Assembly: GCA_964016885.1 (NCBI GenBank)
Contig: OZ024745.1
Span: forward strand, 21,824,001 to 21,888,000
Length of the DNA stretch: 64,000 nucleotides
From: Eledone cirrhosa
Taxonomy: Eukaryota
Direction: 5' to 3'
Position numbers and translations under genes: made by a program. Numbering within the stretch: position 1 is the stretch's first letter; every line of letters starts with the position of its first letter. Positions 42,301 to 57,300 of this stretch are shown here, piece after piece. The notes under the pieces were generated by a model. It made no database searches, was not told where the DNA came from, and saw only the letters and a program-made list of their open reading frames with translations.

Positions 42301-45300
42301 TATAGTTATGGTTCTGTTCTATATAGTTATGGTACTGTTCTATATGGTTATGGTTCTGTTGTATATAGTTATGGTTCTGTTCTATATAGTTATATTTCTG
42401 TTCTATATAGTTATATTTCTGTTCTATATAGTTATGGTTCTGTTCTATATAGTTATGGTTCTGTTCTATATAGTTATGGTTCTGTTCTATATAGTTATAT
42501 TTCTGTTCTATATAGTTATGGTTCTGTTCTATATAGTTATGGTTCTGTTCTGTATAGTTATGGTTCTGTTCTATATAGTTATGGTTCTGTTCTATATAGT
42601 AATGGTTCTGTTCTATATAGTTATATTTCTGTTCTATATAGTTATGTTCTGTTTTATATAGTAATGGTTCTGTTCTATATAGTTATGGTTCTGTTCTATA
42701 TAGTTATCGTTCTGTCCTATATAGTTATGGTTCTGTTCTGTATAGTTATGGTTCTGTTCTGTATAGTTATGGTTCTGTTCTATATAGTTATATTTCTGTT
42801 CTATATAGTTATGGTTCTGTTCTGTATAGTTATGGTTCTGTTCTATATAGTTATATTTCTGTTCTATATAGTTATGGTTCTGTTCTATATAGTTATGGTT
42901 CTGTTCTGTATAGTTATGGTTCTGTTCTCTATAGTTATGGTTCTGTTCTATACAGTTATGGTTCTGTTCTGTATAGTTATGGTTCTGTTCTATATAGTTA
43001 TGGTTCTGTTCTATATAGTTATGGTTCTGTTCTATACAGTTATGGTTCTGTTCTGTATAGTTATGGTTCTGTTCTATATAGTTATGGTTCTGTTCTCTAT
43101 AGTTATGGTTCTGTTCTATATAGTTATGGTTCTGTTCTATATAGTTATGGTTCTGTTCTATATAATTATATTTCTGTTCTGTATAGTTATTGTTCTGTTC
43201 TATATAGATATGGTTCTGTTCTATATAGTTATGGTTCTGTTCTATATAGTTATATTTCTGTTCTATATAGTTATGGTACTGTTCTATATAGTTATATTTC
43301 TGTTCTATATAGTTATGGTTCTGTTCTGTATAGTTATGGTTCTGTTCTATATAGTTATGTTTCTGTTCTATACAGTTATGGTTCTGTTCTATATAGTTAT
43401 GATTATGTTCTATATAGTTATATTTCTGTTCTATATAGTTATGGTTCTGTTCTATATAGTTATATTTCTGTTCTATATAGTTATGGTTCTGTTCTGTATA
43501 GTTATGGTTCTGTTCTATATAGTTATGTTTCTGTTCTATATAGTTATGTTTCTGTTCTATATAGTTATGGTTCTGTTCTATATAGTTATGGTTCTGTTCT
43601 ATATAGTTATGGTTCTGTTCTGTATAGTTATGGTTCTTTTCTATATAGTTATGGTTCTGTTCTATATAGTTATGGTTCTGTTCTATATAGTTATGGTTCT
43701 GTTCTGTATAGTTATGGTTCTGTTCTATATAGTTATGGTTCTGTTCTATATAGTTATGGTACTATTATATATAGTTATGGTTCTGTTCTGTATAGTTATA
43801 TTTCTGTTCTATATAGTTATGGTTCTGTTCTATATAGTTATGATTCTGTTCTGTATACTTATGGTTCTGTTCTATATAGTTATGGTTCTGTTCTATATAT
43901 TTATATTTCTGTTCTTTATAGTTATTGTTCTGTTCTATATAGTTATGGTTCTGTTCTATATAGTTATGGTTCTGTTCTATATAGTTATATTTCTGTTCTG
44001 TATAGTTATTGTTCTGTTCTATATAGTTTTGGTTCTGTTCTATATAGTTATGGTTCTGTTCTATATAGTAATTGTTCTGTTCTATAAAGTTATATTTCTG
44101 TTCTATATAGTTATGTTTCTGTTCTATATAGTAATGGTTCTGTTCTATATAGTTATGGTTCTGTTCTATATAGTTATGGTTCTGTTCTATATAGTTATGG
44201 TTCTGTTCTGTATAGTTATGGTTCTGTTCTGTATAGTTATGGTTCTGTTCTATATAGTTATAATTCTGTTCTATATAGTTATGGTTCTGTTCTATATAGT
44301 TACGGTTCTGTTCTGTATAGTTATGGTTCTGTTCTGTATAGTTATGGTTTTGTTCTATATAGTTATATTTCTGTTCTATATAGTTATGGTTCTGTTCTGT
44401 ATAGTTATGGTTCTGTTCTATATAGTTATATTTCTGTTCTATATAGTTATGGTTCTGTTCTATATAGTTATGGTTCTGTTCTGTATAGTTATGGTTCTGT
44501 TCTATATAGTTATGGTTCTGTTCTATATAGTTATGTTTCTGTTCTATATAGTTATGGTTCTGTTCTGTATAGTTATGATTCTGTTCTATATAGTTATATT
44601 TCTGTTCTATATAGTTATGGTTCTGTTCTATATAGTTATATTTCTGTTCTATATAGTTATATTTCTGTTCTATATAGTTATGGTTCTGTTCTATATAGTT
44701 ATGGTTCTGTTCTATATAGTTATGGTTCTGTTCTATATAGTTATATTTCTGTTCTATATAGTTATGGTTCTGTTCTATATAGTTATGGTTCTGTTCTGTA
44801 TAGTTATGGTTCTGTTCTATATAGTTATGGTTCTGTTCTATATAGTTAGGGATCTGTTCTGTATAGTTATGGTTCTGTTCTATATAGTTATATTTCTGTT
44901 CTATATAGTTATTTTTCTGTTCTATAGAGTTATGGTTCTGTTCTATATAGTTATGGTTCTGTTCTATATAGTTATGGTTCTGTTCTATATAATTATATTT
45001 CTGTTCTATATAGTTATGGGTCTGTTCTATATAGTTATGGTTCTGTTCTATATAGTTATGGTTCTGTTCTATATAGTTATATTTCTGTTCTATATAGTTA
45101 TGATTCTGTTCTATATAGTTATAGTTCTGTTCTATATAGTTATATTTCTGTTCTATATAGTTATGGTTCTGTTCTATATAGTTATGTTTCTGTTCTATAT
45201 AGTTATATTTCTGTTCTATATAGTTATGGTTCTGTTCTATATAGTTATGGTTCTGTTCTATATAGTTATGGTTCTGTTCTATATAGTTACGGTTCTGTTC

Positions 45301-48300
45301 TATACAGTTATGGTTCTGTTCTATATAGTTATGGTACTGTTCTATATAGTTATGGTTCTGTTCTATATAGTTATATTTCTGTTCTATATAGTTATGGTTC
45401 TGTTCTATATAGTTATGTTTCTGTTCTATATAGTTATGGTTCTGTTCTATATAGTTATGGTTCTGTTCTATATAGTTATGGTTCTGTTCTGTATAGTTAT
45501 GGTACTGTTCTATATGGTTATGATTCTGTTCTATATAGTTATGGTTCTGTTCTATATAGTTATGGTTCTGTTCTGTATAGTTATGGTACTGTTCTATATG
45601 GTTATGGTTCTGTTCTATATAGTTGTGGTTCTGTTCTATATAGTTATGGTTCTGTTCTATATAGTTATGGTTCTGTTCTATATAGTTATGGTTCTGTTCT
45701 TTATAGTTATAGTACTGTTCTATATGGTTATGATTCTGTTCTATATAGTTATGGTTCTGTTCTATATAGTTATGGTTCTGTTCTGTATAGTTATGGTACT
45801 GTTCTATATGGTTATGGTTCTGTTCTATATAGTTATGGTTCTGTTCTATATAGTTATGGTTCTGTTCTGTATAGTTATGGTACTGTTCTATATGGTTATG
45901 GTTCTGTTCTATATAGTTATGGTTCTGTTCTATATAGTTATGGTTCTGTTCTATATAGTTATGGTTCTGTTCTATATAGTTATGTTTCTGTTCTGTATAG
46001 TTATGGTTCTGTTCTATATAGTTATGGTTCTGTTCTATATAGTTATGGTTCTGTTCTGTATAGTTATGGTTCTGTTCTATATAATTATGGTTCTGTTCTA
46101 TATAGTTATGGTTCTGTTCTATATAGTTATGGTTCTGTTCTATATAGTTATGGTACTGTTCTATATAGATATGGTTCTGTTCTATATAGTTATATTTCTG
46201 TTCTTTATATTTATTGTTCTGTTCTATATAGTTATGGTTCTGTTCTATCTAGTTATGGTTCTGTTCTATATAGTTATATTTCTGTTCTTTATAGTTGTTG
46301 TTCTGTTCTATATAGTAATGGTTCTGTTCTATATAGTTATGGTTCTGTTCTAAATAGTTATATTTCTGTTCTGTATAGTTATTGTTCTGTTCTATATAGT
46401 TTTGGTTCTGTTCTATATAGTTATGGTTCTGTTCTATATAGTAATGGTTCTGTTCTATATAGTTATATTTCTGTTCTATATAGTTATGTTCTGTTTTATA
46501 TAGTAATGGTTCTGTTCTATATAGTTATGGTTCTGTTCTATATAGTTATGGTTCTGTCCTATATAGTTATGGTTCTGTTCTGTATAGTTATGGTTCTGTT
46601 CTGTATAGTTATGGTTCTGTTCTATATAGTTATATTTCTGTTCTATATAGTTATGGTTCTGTTCTGTATAGTTATGGTTCTGTTCTATATAGTTATATTT
46701 CTGTTCTATATAGTTATGGTTCTGTTCTATATACTTATGGTTCTGTTCTGTATAGTTATGGTTCTGTTCTCTATAGTTATGGTTCTGTTCTATACAGTTA
46801 TGGTTCTGTTCTGTATAGTTATGGTTCTGTTCTATATAGTTATGGTTCTGTTCTATATAGTTATGGTTCTGTTCTATACAGTTATGGTTCTGTTCTGTAT
46901 AGTTATGGTTCTGTTCTATATAGTTATATTTCTGTTCTATATAGTTATGGTTCTGTTCTGTATAGTTATGGTTCTGTTCTATATAGTTATTTTTCTGTTC
47001 TATAGAGTTATGGTTCTGTTCTATATAGTTATGGTTCTGTTCTATATAGTTATGGTTCTGTTCTATATAATTATATTTCTGTTCTATATAGTTATGGGTC
47101 TGTTCTATATAGTTATGGTTCTGTTCTATATAGTTATGGTTCTGTTCTATATAGTTATATTTCTGTTCTATATAGTTATGATTCTGTTCTATATAGTTAT
47201 AGTTCTGTTCTATATAGTTATATTTCTGTTCTATATAGTTATGGTTCTGTTCTATATAGTTATGGTTCTGTTCTATATAGTTATATTTCTGTTCTATATA
47301 GTTATGGTTCTGTTCTATATAGTTATGGTTCTGTTCTATATAGTTATGGTTCTGTTCTATATAGTTACGGTTCTGTTCTATACAGTTATGGTTCTGTTCT
47401 ATATAGTTATGGTACTGTTCCATATAGTTATGGTTCTGTTCTATATAGTTATATTTCTGTTCTATATAGTTATGGTTCTGTTCTATATAGTTATGTTTCT
47501 GTTCTATATAGTTATGGTTCTGTTCTATATAGTTATGGTTCTGTTCTATATAGTTATGGTTCTGTTCTGTATAGTTATGGTACTGTTCTATATGGTTATG
47601 ATTCTGTTCTATATAGTTATGGTTCTGTTCTATATAGTTATGGTTCTGTTCTGTATAGTTATGGTACTGTTCTATATGGTTATGGTTCTGTTCTATATAG
47701 TTGTGGTTCTGTTCTATATAGTTATGGTTCTGTTCTATATAGTTATGGTTCTGTTCTATATAGTTATGGTTCTGTTCTTTATAGTTATAGTACTGTTCTA
47801 TATGGTTATGATTCTGTTCTATATAGTTATGGTTCTGTTCTATATAGTTATGGTTCTGTTCTGTATAGTTATGGTACTGTTCTATATGGTTATGGTTCTG
47901 TTCTATATAGTTATGGTTCTGTTCTATATAGTTATGGTTCTGTTCTGTATAGTTATGGTACTGTTCTATATGGTTATGGTTCTGTTCTATATAGTTATGG
48001 TTCTGTTCTATATAGTTATGGTTCTGTTCTATATAGTTATGGTTCTGTTCTATATAGTTATGTTTCTGTTCTGTATAGTTATGGTTCTGTTCTATATAGT
48101 TATGGTTCTGTTCTATATAGTTATGGTTCTGTTCTGTATAGTTATGGTTCTGTTCTATATAATTATGGTTCTGTTCTATATAGTTATGGTTCTGTTCTAT
48201 ATAGTTATGGTTCTGTTCTATATAGTTATGGTACTGTTCTATATAGTTATGGTTCTGTTCTATATAGTTATATTTCTGTTCTTTATATTTATTGTTCTGT

Positions 48301-51300
48301 TCTATATAGTTATGGTTCTGTTCTATCTAGTTATGGTTCTGTTCTATATAGTTATATTTCTGTTCTTTATAGTTGTTGTTCTGTTCTATATAGTAATGGT
48401 TCTGTTCTATATAGTTATGGTTCTGTTCTAAATAGTTATATTTCTGTTCTGTATAGTTATTGTTCTGTTCTATATAGTTTTGGTTCTGTTCTATATAGTT
48501 ATGGTTCTGTTCTATATAGTAATGGTTCTGTTCTATATAGTTATATTTCTGTTCTATATAGTTATGTTCTGTTTTATATAGTAATGGTTCTGTTCTATAT
48601 AGTTATGGTTCTGTTCTATATAGTTATCGTTCTGTCCTATATAGTTATGGTTCTGTTCTGTATAGTTATGGTTCTGTTCTGTATAGTTATGGTTCTGTTC
48701 TATATAGTTATATTTCTGTTCTATATATTTATGGTTCTGTTCTGTATAGTTATGGTTCTGTTCTATATAGTTATATTTCTGTTCTATATAGTTATGGTTC
48801 TGTTCTATATAGTTATGGTTCTGTTCTGTATAGTTATGGTTCTGTTCTCTATAGTTATGGTTCTGTTCTATACAGTTATGGTTCTGTTCTGTATAGTTAT
48901 GGTTCTGTTCTATATAGTTATGGTTCTGTTCTATATAGTTATGGTTCTGTTCTATACAGTTATGGTTCTGTTCTGTATAGTTATGGTTCTGTTCTATATA
49001 GTTATATTTCTGTTCTATATAGTTATGGTTCTGTTCTGTATAGTTATGGTTCTGTTCTGTATAGTAATTGTTCTGTTCTGTATAGTTACGGTTCTGTTCT
49101 ATACAGTTATGGTTCGGTTCTATATAGTTATGGTTCTGTTCTATATAGTTATATTTCTGTTCTATATAGTTATGGTTCTGTTCTATATAGTTATGGTTCT
49201 GTTCTATATAGTTACGGTTCTGTTCTATACAGTTATGGTTCTGTTCTATATAGTTATGGTACTGTTCTATATAGTTATGGTTCTGTTCTATATAGTTATA
49301 TTTCTGTTCTATATAGTTATGGTTCTGTTCTATATAGTTATGGTTCTGTTCTGTATAGTTACGGTTCTGTTCTATACAGTTATGGTTCTGTTCTATATAG
49401 TTGTGGTTCTGTTCTATATAGTTATGGTTCTGTTCTATATAGTTATGGTTCTGTTCTATATAGTTATGGTTCTGTTCTGTATAGTTATGGTACTGTTCTA
49501 TATGGTTATGGTTCTGTTCTATATAGTTATGGTTCTGTTCTATATAGTTATGGTTCTGTTCTGTATAGTTATGGTTCTGTTCTATATAGTTATGGTTCTG
49601 TTCTGTATAGTTATGGTTCTGTTCTGTATAGTTATGGTTCTGTTCTATACAGTTATGGTTCTGTTCTATATAGTTATGGTTCTGTTCTATATAGTTATGT
49701 TTCTGTTCTATATAGTTATGGTTCTGTTCTGTATAATTATGGTTCTGTTCTATATAGTTATATTTCTGTTCTATATAGTTATGGTTCTGTTCTATATAGT
49801 TATATTTCTGTTCTATATAGTTATGGTTCTGTTCTATATAGTTATGGTTCTGTTCTATATAGTTATGGTTCTGTTCTATATAGTAATATTTCTGTTCTAT
49901 ATAGTTATGGTTCTGTTCTATATAGTTATGTTTCTGTTCTGTATAGTTATGGTTCTGTTCTATATAGTTATGTTTCTGTTCTATATAGTTAGGGATCTGT
50001 TCTGTATAGTTATGGTTCTGTTCTGTATAGTTATATTTCTGTTCTATATAGTTATGGTTCTGTTCTCTATAGTTATGGTTCTGTTCTATATAGTTATGGT
50101 TCTGTTCTATATAGTTATGGTTCTGTTCTATATAATTATATTTCTGTTCTATATAGTTATGTTTCTGTTCTATATAGTTATGGTTCTGTTCTATATAGTT
50201 ATGGTTCTGTTCTATATAGTTATATTTCTGTTCTATATAGTTAAGGTTCTGTTCTATATAGTTATGGTTCTGTTCTATATAGTTATATTTCTGTTCTATA
50301 TAGTTATGGTTCTGTTCTATATAGTTATGGTTCTGGTCTATATAGTTATATTTCTGTTCTATATAGTTATGGTTCTGTTCTATATAGTTATGGTTCTGTT
50401 CTATATAGTTATGGTTCTGTTCTATATAGTTACGGTTCTGTTCTATACAGTTATGGTTCTGTTCTATATAGTTATGGTACTGTTCTATATAGTTATGGTT
50501 CTGTTCTATATAGTTATATTTCTGTTCTATATAGTTATGGTTCTGTTCTATATAGTTATGGTTCTGTTCTGTATAGTTACGGTTCTGTTCTATACAGTTA
50601 TGGTTCTGTTCTATATAGTTATGGTTCTGTTCTATATAGTTATGGTTCTGTTCTATATAGTTATGGTTCTTTTCTATATAGTTATGGTTCTGTTCTGTAT
50701 AGTTATGGTTCTGTTCTATATAGTTATATTTCTGTTCTATATAGTTATGGTTCTGTTCTATATAGTTGTGGTTCTGTTCTATATAGTTATGGTTCTGTTC
50801 TATATAGTTATGGTTCTGTTCTATATAGTTATGGTTCTGTTCTGTATAGTTATGGTACTGTTCTATATTGTTATGGTTCTGTTCTATATAGTTATGGTTC
50901 TGTTCTATATAGTTATGTTTCTGTTCTATATAGTTATGGTTCTGTTCTATATAGTTATGTTTCTGTTCTGTATAGTTATGGTTCTGTTCTATATAGTTAT
51001 GGTTCTGTTCTATATAGCTATGGTTCTGTTCTGTATAGTTCTGGATCTGTTCTATATAGTTATGGTTCTGTTCTATATAGTTATGGTTCTGTTCTATATA
51101 GTTATGGTTCTGTTCTATATAGTTATGGTACTGTTCTATATGGTTATGGTTCTGTTGTATATAGTTATGGTTCTGTTCTATATAGTTATAGTTCTGTTCT
51201 GTATAGTTATGGTACTGTTCTATATGGTTATGGTTCTGTTCTATATAGTTATGGTTCTGTTCTATATAGTTATGGTTCTGTTCTGTATAGTTATGTTTCT

Positions 51301-54300
51301 GTTCTATATAGTTATATTTCTGTTCTATATTGTTATGGTTCTGTTCTATATAGTTATGGTTCTGTTCTATATAGTTATGGTTCTGTTCTATATAATTATA
51401 TTTCTGTTCTGTATAGTTATTGTTCTGTTCTATATAGTTATGGTTCTGTTCTATATAGTTATGGTTCTGTTCTATATAGTTATATTTCTGTTCTATATAG
51501 TTATGGTACTGTTCTATATAGTTATATTTCTGTTCTATATAGTTATGGTTCTGTACTGTATAGTTAGGGTTCTGTTCTATATAGTTATGTTTCTGTTCTA
51601 TACAGTTATGGTTCTGTTCTATATAGTTATGGTTCTGTTCTATATAGTTATATTTCTGTTCTATATAGTTATAGTTCTGTTCTATATAGTTATTGTTCTG
51701 TTGTATATAGTTATGGTTCTGTTCTATCTAGTTATGGTTCTGTTCTATATAGTTATATTTCTGTTCTTTATAGTTATTGTTCTGTTCTATATAGTTATGG
51801 TTCTGTTCTATATAGTTATGTTTCTGTTCTATATAGTTATATTTCTGTTCTGTATAGTTATTGTTCTGTTCTATATAGTTTTGGTTCTGTTCTATATAGT
51901 TATGGTTCTGTTCTATATAGTTATATTTCTGTTCTATATAGTTATATTTCTGTTCTATATAGTTATGGTTCTGTTCTGTATAGTTATGGTTCTGTTCTGT
52001 ATAGTTATGGTACTGTTCTATATAGTTATGGTCCTGTTCTATATAGTTATGGTTCTGTTCTATATATTTATGGTTCTGTTCTATATAGTTATGGTTCTGT
52101 TCTATATAGTTATGGTTCTTTTCTATATAGTTATGGTTCTGTTCTATATAGTTATGGTTCTGTTCTATATAGTTATATTTCTGTTCTATATAGTTATTGT
52201 TCTGTTCTATATAGTTATGGTTCTGTTCTATATAGTTATGGTTCTGTTCTATATAGTTATATTTCTGTTCTATATAGTTATTGTTCTGTTCTATATAGTT
52301 GTGGTTCTGTTCTATATAGTTATGGTTCTGTTCTATATAGTTATGGTTCTGTTCTATATAGTTATGGTTCTGTTCTATATAGTTATGGTTCTGTTCTGTA
52401 TAGTTATGGTACTGTTCTATATGGTTATGGTTCTGTTCTATATAGTTATGGTTCTGTTCTATATAGTTATGGTTCTGTATAGTTATGGTACTGTTCTATA
52501 TGGTTATGGTTCTGTTCTATATAGTTATGGTTCTGTTCTATATAGTTATGGTTCTGTTCTATATAGTTATATTTCTTTTCTATATAGTTATGGTTCTGTT
52601 CTCTATAGTTATGGTTCTGTTCTGTATAGTTATGGTTCTGTTCTATATAGTTATGGTTCTGTTCTGTATAGTTATGGTTCTGTTCTGTATAGTTATGGTA
52701 CTGTTCTATATGGTTATGGTTCTGTTCTATATAGTTATGGTTCTGTTCTATATAGTTATATTTCTGTTCAGAATAGTTATGGTTCTGTTCTATATAGTTA
52801 TGGTTCTGTTCTATATAGTTATGGTTCTGTTCTATATAGTTATATTTCTGTTCTGTATAGTTATTGTTCTGTTCTGTATAGTTATTGTTCTGTTCTATCT
52901 AGTTATGGTTGTTTTCTATATAGTTATGGTTCTGTTCTATATAGTTATATTTCTGTTCTATATATTTATTGTTCTGTTCTATATAGTTATGGTTCTGTTC
53001 TATATAGTTATGGTTCTGTTCTATATAATTATATTTCTGTTCTGTATAGTTATTTTTCTGTTCTATATAGTTATGGTTCTGTTCTATATAGTTATGGTTC
53101 TGTTCTATATAGTTATGTTTCTGTTCTATATAGTTATGGTTCTGTTCTATATAGTTATGGTTCTGTTCTATATAATTATATTTCTGTTCTGTATAGTTAT
53201 TTTTCTGTTCTATATAGTTATGGTTCTGTTCTATATAGTTATGGTTCTGTTCTATATAGTTATGTTTCTGTTCTATATAGTTATGGTTCTGTTCTATATA
53301 GTTATGTTTCTGTTCTATACAGTTATGGTTCTGTTCTATATAGTTATGGTTCTGTTCTATATAGTTATATTTCTGTTCTATATAGTTATAGTTCTGTTCT
53401 ATATAGTTATTGTTCTGTTCTATATAGTTATGGTTCTGTTCTATCTAGTTATGGTTCTGTTCTATATAGTTATATTTCTGTTCTTTATAGTTATTGTTCT
53501 GTTCTATATAGTTATGGTTCTGTTCTATATAGTTATGTTTCTGTTCTATATAGTTATATTTCTGTTCTGTATAGTTATTGTTCTGTTCTATATAGTTTTG
53601 GTTCTGTTCTATATAGTTATGGTTCTGTTCTATATAGTTATATTTCTGTTCTATATAGTTATATTTCTGTTCTATATAGTTATGGTTCTGTTCTGTATAG
53701 TTATGGTTCTGTTCTGTATAGTTATGGTACTGTTCTATATAGTTATAGTCCTGTTCTATATAGTTATGGTTCTGTTCTATATATTTATGGTTCTGTTCTA
53801 TATAGTTATGGTTCTGTTCTATATAGTTATGGTTCTTTTCTATATAGTTATGGTTCTGTTCTATATAGTTATGGTTCTGTTCTATATAGTTATATTTCTG
53901 TTCTATATAGTTATTGTTCTGTTCTATATAGTTGTGGTTCTGTTCTATATAGTTATGGTTCTGTTCTATATAGTTATGGTTCTGTTCTATATAGTTATGG
54001 TTCTGTTCTATATAGTTATGGTTCTGTTCTGTATAGTTATGGTACTGTTCTATATGGTTATGGTTCTGTTCTATATAGTTATGGTTCTGTTCTATATAGT
54101 TATGGTTCTGTTCTGTATAGTTATGGTACTGTTCTATATGGTTATGGTTCTGTTCTATATAGTTATGGTTCTGTTCTATATAGTTATGGTTCTGTTCTAT
54201 ATAGTTATATTTCTGTTCTATATAGTTATGGTTCTGTTCTCTATAGTTATGGTTCTGTTCTGTATAGTTATGGTTCTGTTCTATATAGTTATGGTTCTGT

Positions 54301-57300
54301 TCTGTATAGTTATGGTTCTGTTCTGTATAGTTATGGTACTGTTCTATATGGTTATGGTTCTGTTCTATATAGTTATGGTTCTGTTCTATATAGTTATATT
54401 TCTGTTCTATATAGTTATGGTTCTGTTCTATATAGTTATGGTTCTGTTCTATATAGTTATGGTTCTGTTCTATATAGTTATATTTCTGTTCTGTATAGTT
54501 ATTGTTCTGTTCTATATAGTTATGGTTCTGTTCTATATATTTATGGTTCTGTTCTATATAGTTATATTTCTGTTCTGTATAGTTATTGTTCTGTTCTGTA
54601 TAGTTATTGTTCTGTTCTATCTAGTTATGGTTGTTTTCTATATAGTTATGGATCTGTTCTATATAGTTATATTTCTGTTCTATATAGTTATGTTTCTGTT
54701 CTATATAGTTATGGTTCTGTTCTATATAGTTATGGTTCTGTTCTATATAATTATATTTCTGTTCTGTATAGTTATTTTTCTGTTCTATATAGTTATGGTT
54801 CTGTTCTATATAGTTATGGTTCTGTTCTATATAGTTATGTTTCTGTTCTATATAGTTATGGTTCTGTTCTATATAGTTATGTTTCTGTTCTATACAGTTA
54901 TGGTTCTGTTCTATATAGTTATGGTTCTGTTCTATATAGTTATATTTCTGTTCTATATAGTTATAGTTCTGTTCTATATAGTTATGTTTCTGTTCTATAT
55001 AGTTATGGTTCTGTTCTATATAGTTATGGTTCTGTTCTGTATAGTTATGGTTCTGTTCTGTATAGTTATGGTACTGTTCTATATGGTTATGGTTCTGTTC
55101 TATATAGTTATGGTTCTGTTCTATATAGTTATATTTCTGTTCTATATAGTTATGGTTCTGTTCTATATAGTTATGGTTCTGTTCTATATAGTTATGGTTC
55201 TGTTCTATATAGTTATATTTCTGTTCTGTATAGTTATTGTTCTGTTCTGTATAGTTATTGTTCTGTTCTATCTAGTTATGGTTGTTTTCTATATAGTTAT
55301 GGTTCTGTTCTATATAGTTATATTTCTGTTCTATATATTTATTGTTCTGTTCTATATAGTTATGGTTCTGTTCTATATAGTTATGGTTCTGTTCTATATA
55401 ATTATATTTCTGTTCTGTATAGTTATTTTTCTGTTCTATATAGTTATGTTTCTGTTCTATATAGTTATGGTTCTGTTCTATATAGTTATGTTTCTGTTCT
55501 ATATAGTTATGGTTCTGTTCTATATAGTTATGGTTCTGTTCTATATAATTATATTTCTGTTCTGTATAGTTATTTTTCTGTTCTATATAGTTATGGTTCT
55601 GTTCTATATAGTTATGGTTCTGTTCTATATAGTTATGTTTCTGTTCTATATAGTTATGGTTCTGTTCTATATAGTTATGTTTCTGTTCTATACAGTTATG
55701 GTTCTGTTCTATATAGTTATGGTTCTGTTCTATATAGTTATATTTCTGTTCTATATAGTTATAGTTCTGTTCTATATAGTTATTGTTCTGTTCTATATAG
55801 TTATGGTTCTGTTCTATCTAGTTATGGTTCTGTTCTATATAGTTATATTTCTGTTCTTTATAGTTATTGTTCTGTTCTATATAGTTATGGTTCTGTTCTA
55901 TATAGTTATGTTTCTGTTCTATATAGTTATATTTCTGTTCTGTATAGTTATTGTTCTGTTCTATATAGTTTTGGTTCTGTTCTATATAGTTATGGTTCTG
56001 TTCTATATAGTTATATTTCTGTTCTATATAGTTATATTTCTGTTCTATATAGTTATGGTTCTGTTCTGTATAGTTATGGTTCTGTTCTGTATAGTTATGG
56101 TACTGTTCTATATAGTTATGGTCCTGTTCTATATAGTTATTGTTCTGTTCTATATATTTATGGTTCTGTTCTATATAGTTATGGTTCTGTTCTATATAGT
56201 TATGGTTCTTTTCTATATAGTTATGGTTCTGTTCTATATAGTTATGGTTCTGTTCTATATAGTTATATTTCTGTTCTATATAGTTATTGTTCTGTTCTAT
56301 ATAGTCGTGGTTCTGTTCTATATAGTTATGGTTCTGTTCTATATAGTTATGGTTCTGTTCTATATAGTTATGGTTCTGTTCTATATAGTTATGGTTCTGT
56401 TCTGTATAGTTATGGTACTGTTCTATATGGTTATGGTTCTGTTCTATATAGTTATGGTTCTGTTCTATATAGTTATGGTTCTGTTCTGTATAGTTATGGT
56501 ACTGTTCTATATGGTTATGGTTCTGTTCTTTATAGTTATGGTTCTGTTCTATATAGTTATGGTTCTGTTCTATATAGTTATATTTCTGTTCTATATAGTT
56601 ATGGTTCTGTTCTGTATAGTTATGGTTCTGTTCTGTATAGTTATGGTTCTGTTCTATATAGTTATGGTTCTGTTCTGTATAGTTATGGTTCTGTTCTGTA
56701 TAGTTATGGTACTGTTCTATATGGTTATGGTTCTGTTCTATATAGTTATGGTTCTGTTCTATATAGTTATATTTCTGTTCTATATAGTTATGGTTCTGTT
56801 CTATATAGTTATGGTTCTGTTCTATATAGTTATGGTTCTGTTCTATATAGTTATATTTCTGTTCTGTATAGTTATTGTTCTGTTCTATATAGTTATGGTT
56901 CTGTTCTATATATTTATGGTTCTGTTCTATATAGTTATATTTCTGTTCTGTATAGTTATTGTTCTGTTCTGTATAGTTATTGTTCTGTTCTATCTAGTTA
57001 TGGTTGTTTTCTATATAGTTATGGTTCTGTTCTATATAGTTATATTTCTGTTCTATATAGTTATGTTTCTGTTCTATATAGTTATGGTTCTGTTCTATAT
57101 AGTTATGGTTCTGTTCTATATAATTATATTTCTGTTCTGTATAGTTATTTTTCTGTTCTATATAGTTATGGTTCTGTTCTATATAGTTATGGTTCTGTTC
57201 TATATAGTTATGTTTCTGTTCTATATAGTTATGGTTCTGTTCTATATAGTTATGTTTCTGTTCTATACAGTTATGGTTCTGTTCTATATAGTTATGGTTC

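Noticed and set aside
24323-48431. Giant ORFs of (IVMVLFY)n, (YSYGSVL)n and (YIEQNHN)n as real proteins
   Set aside because: A 21-bp unit is stop-free in several frames by chance. Some common variants are synonymous in the YSYGSVL frame, but stops (e.g. ~25300, ~27861) and 1-bp indels (~26570, ~27925, ~30720, ~34080) are tolerated and duplicated.
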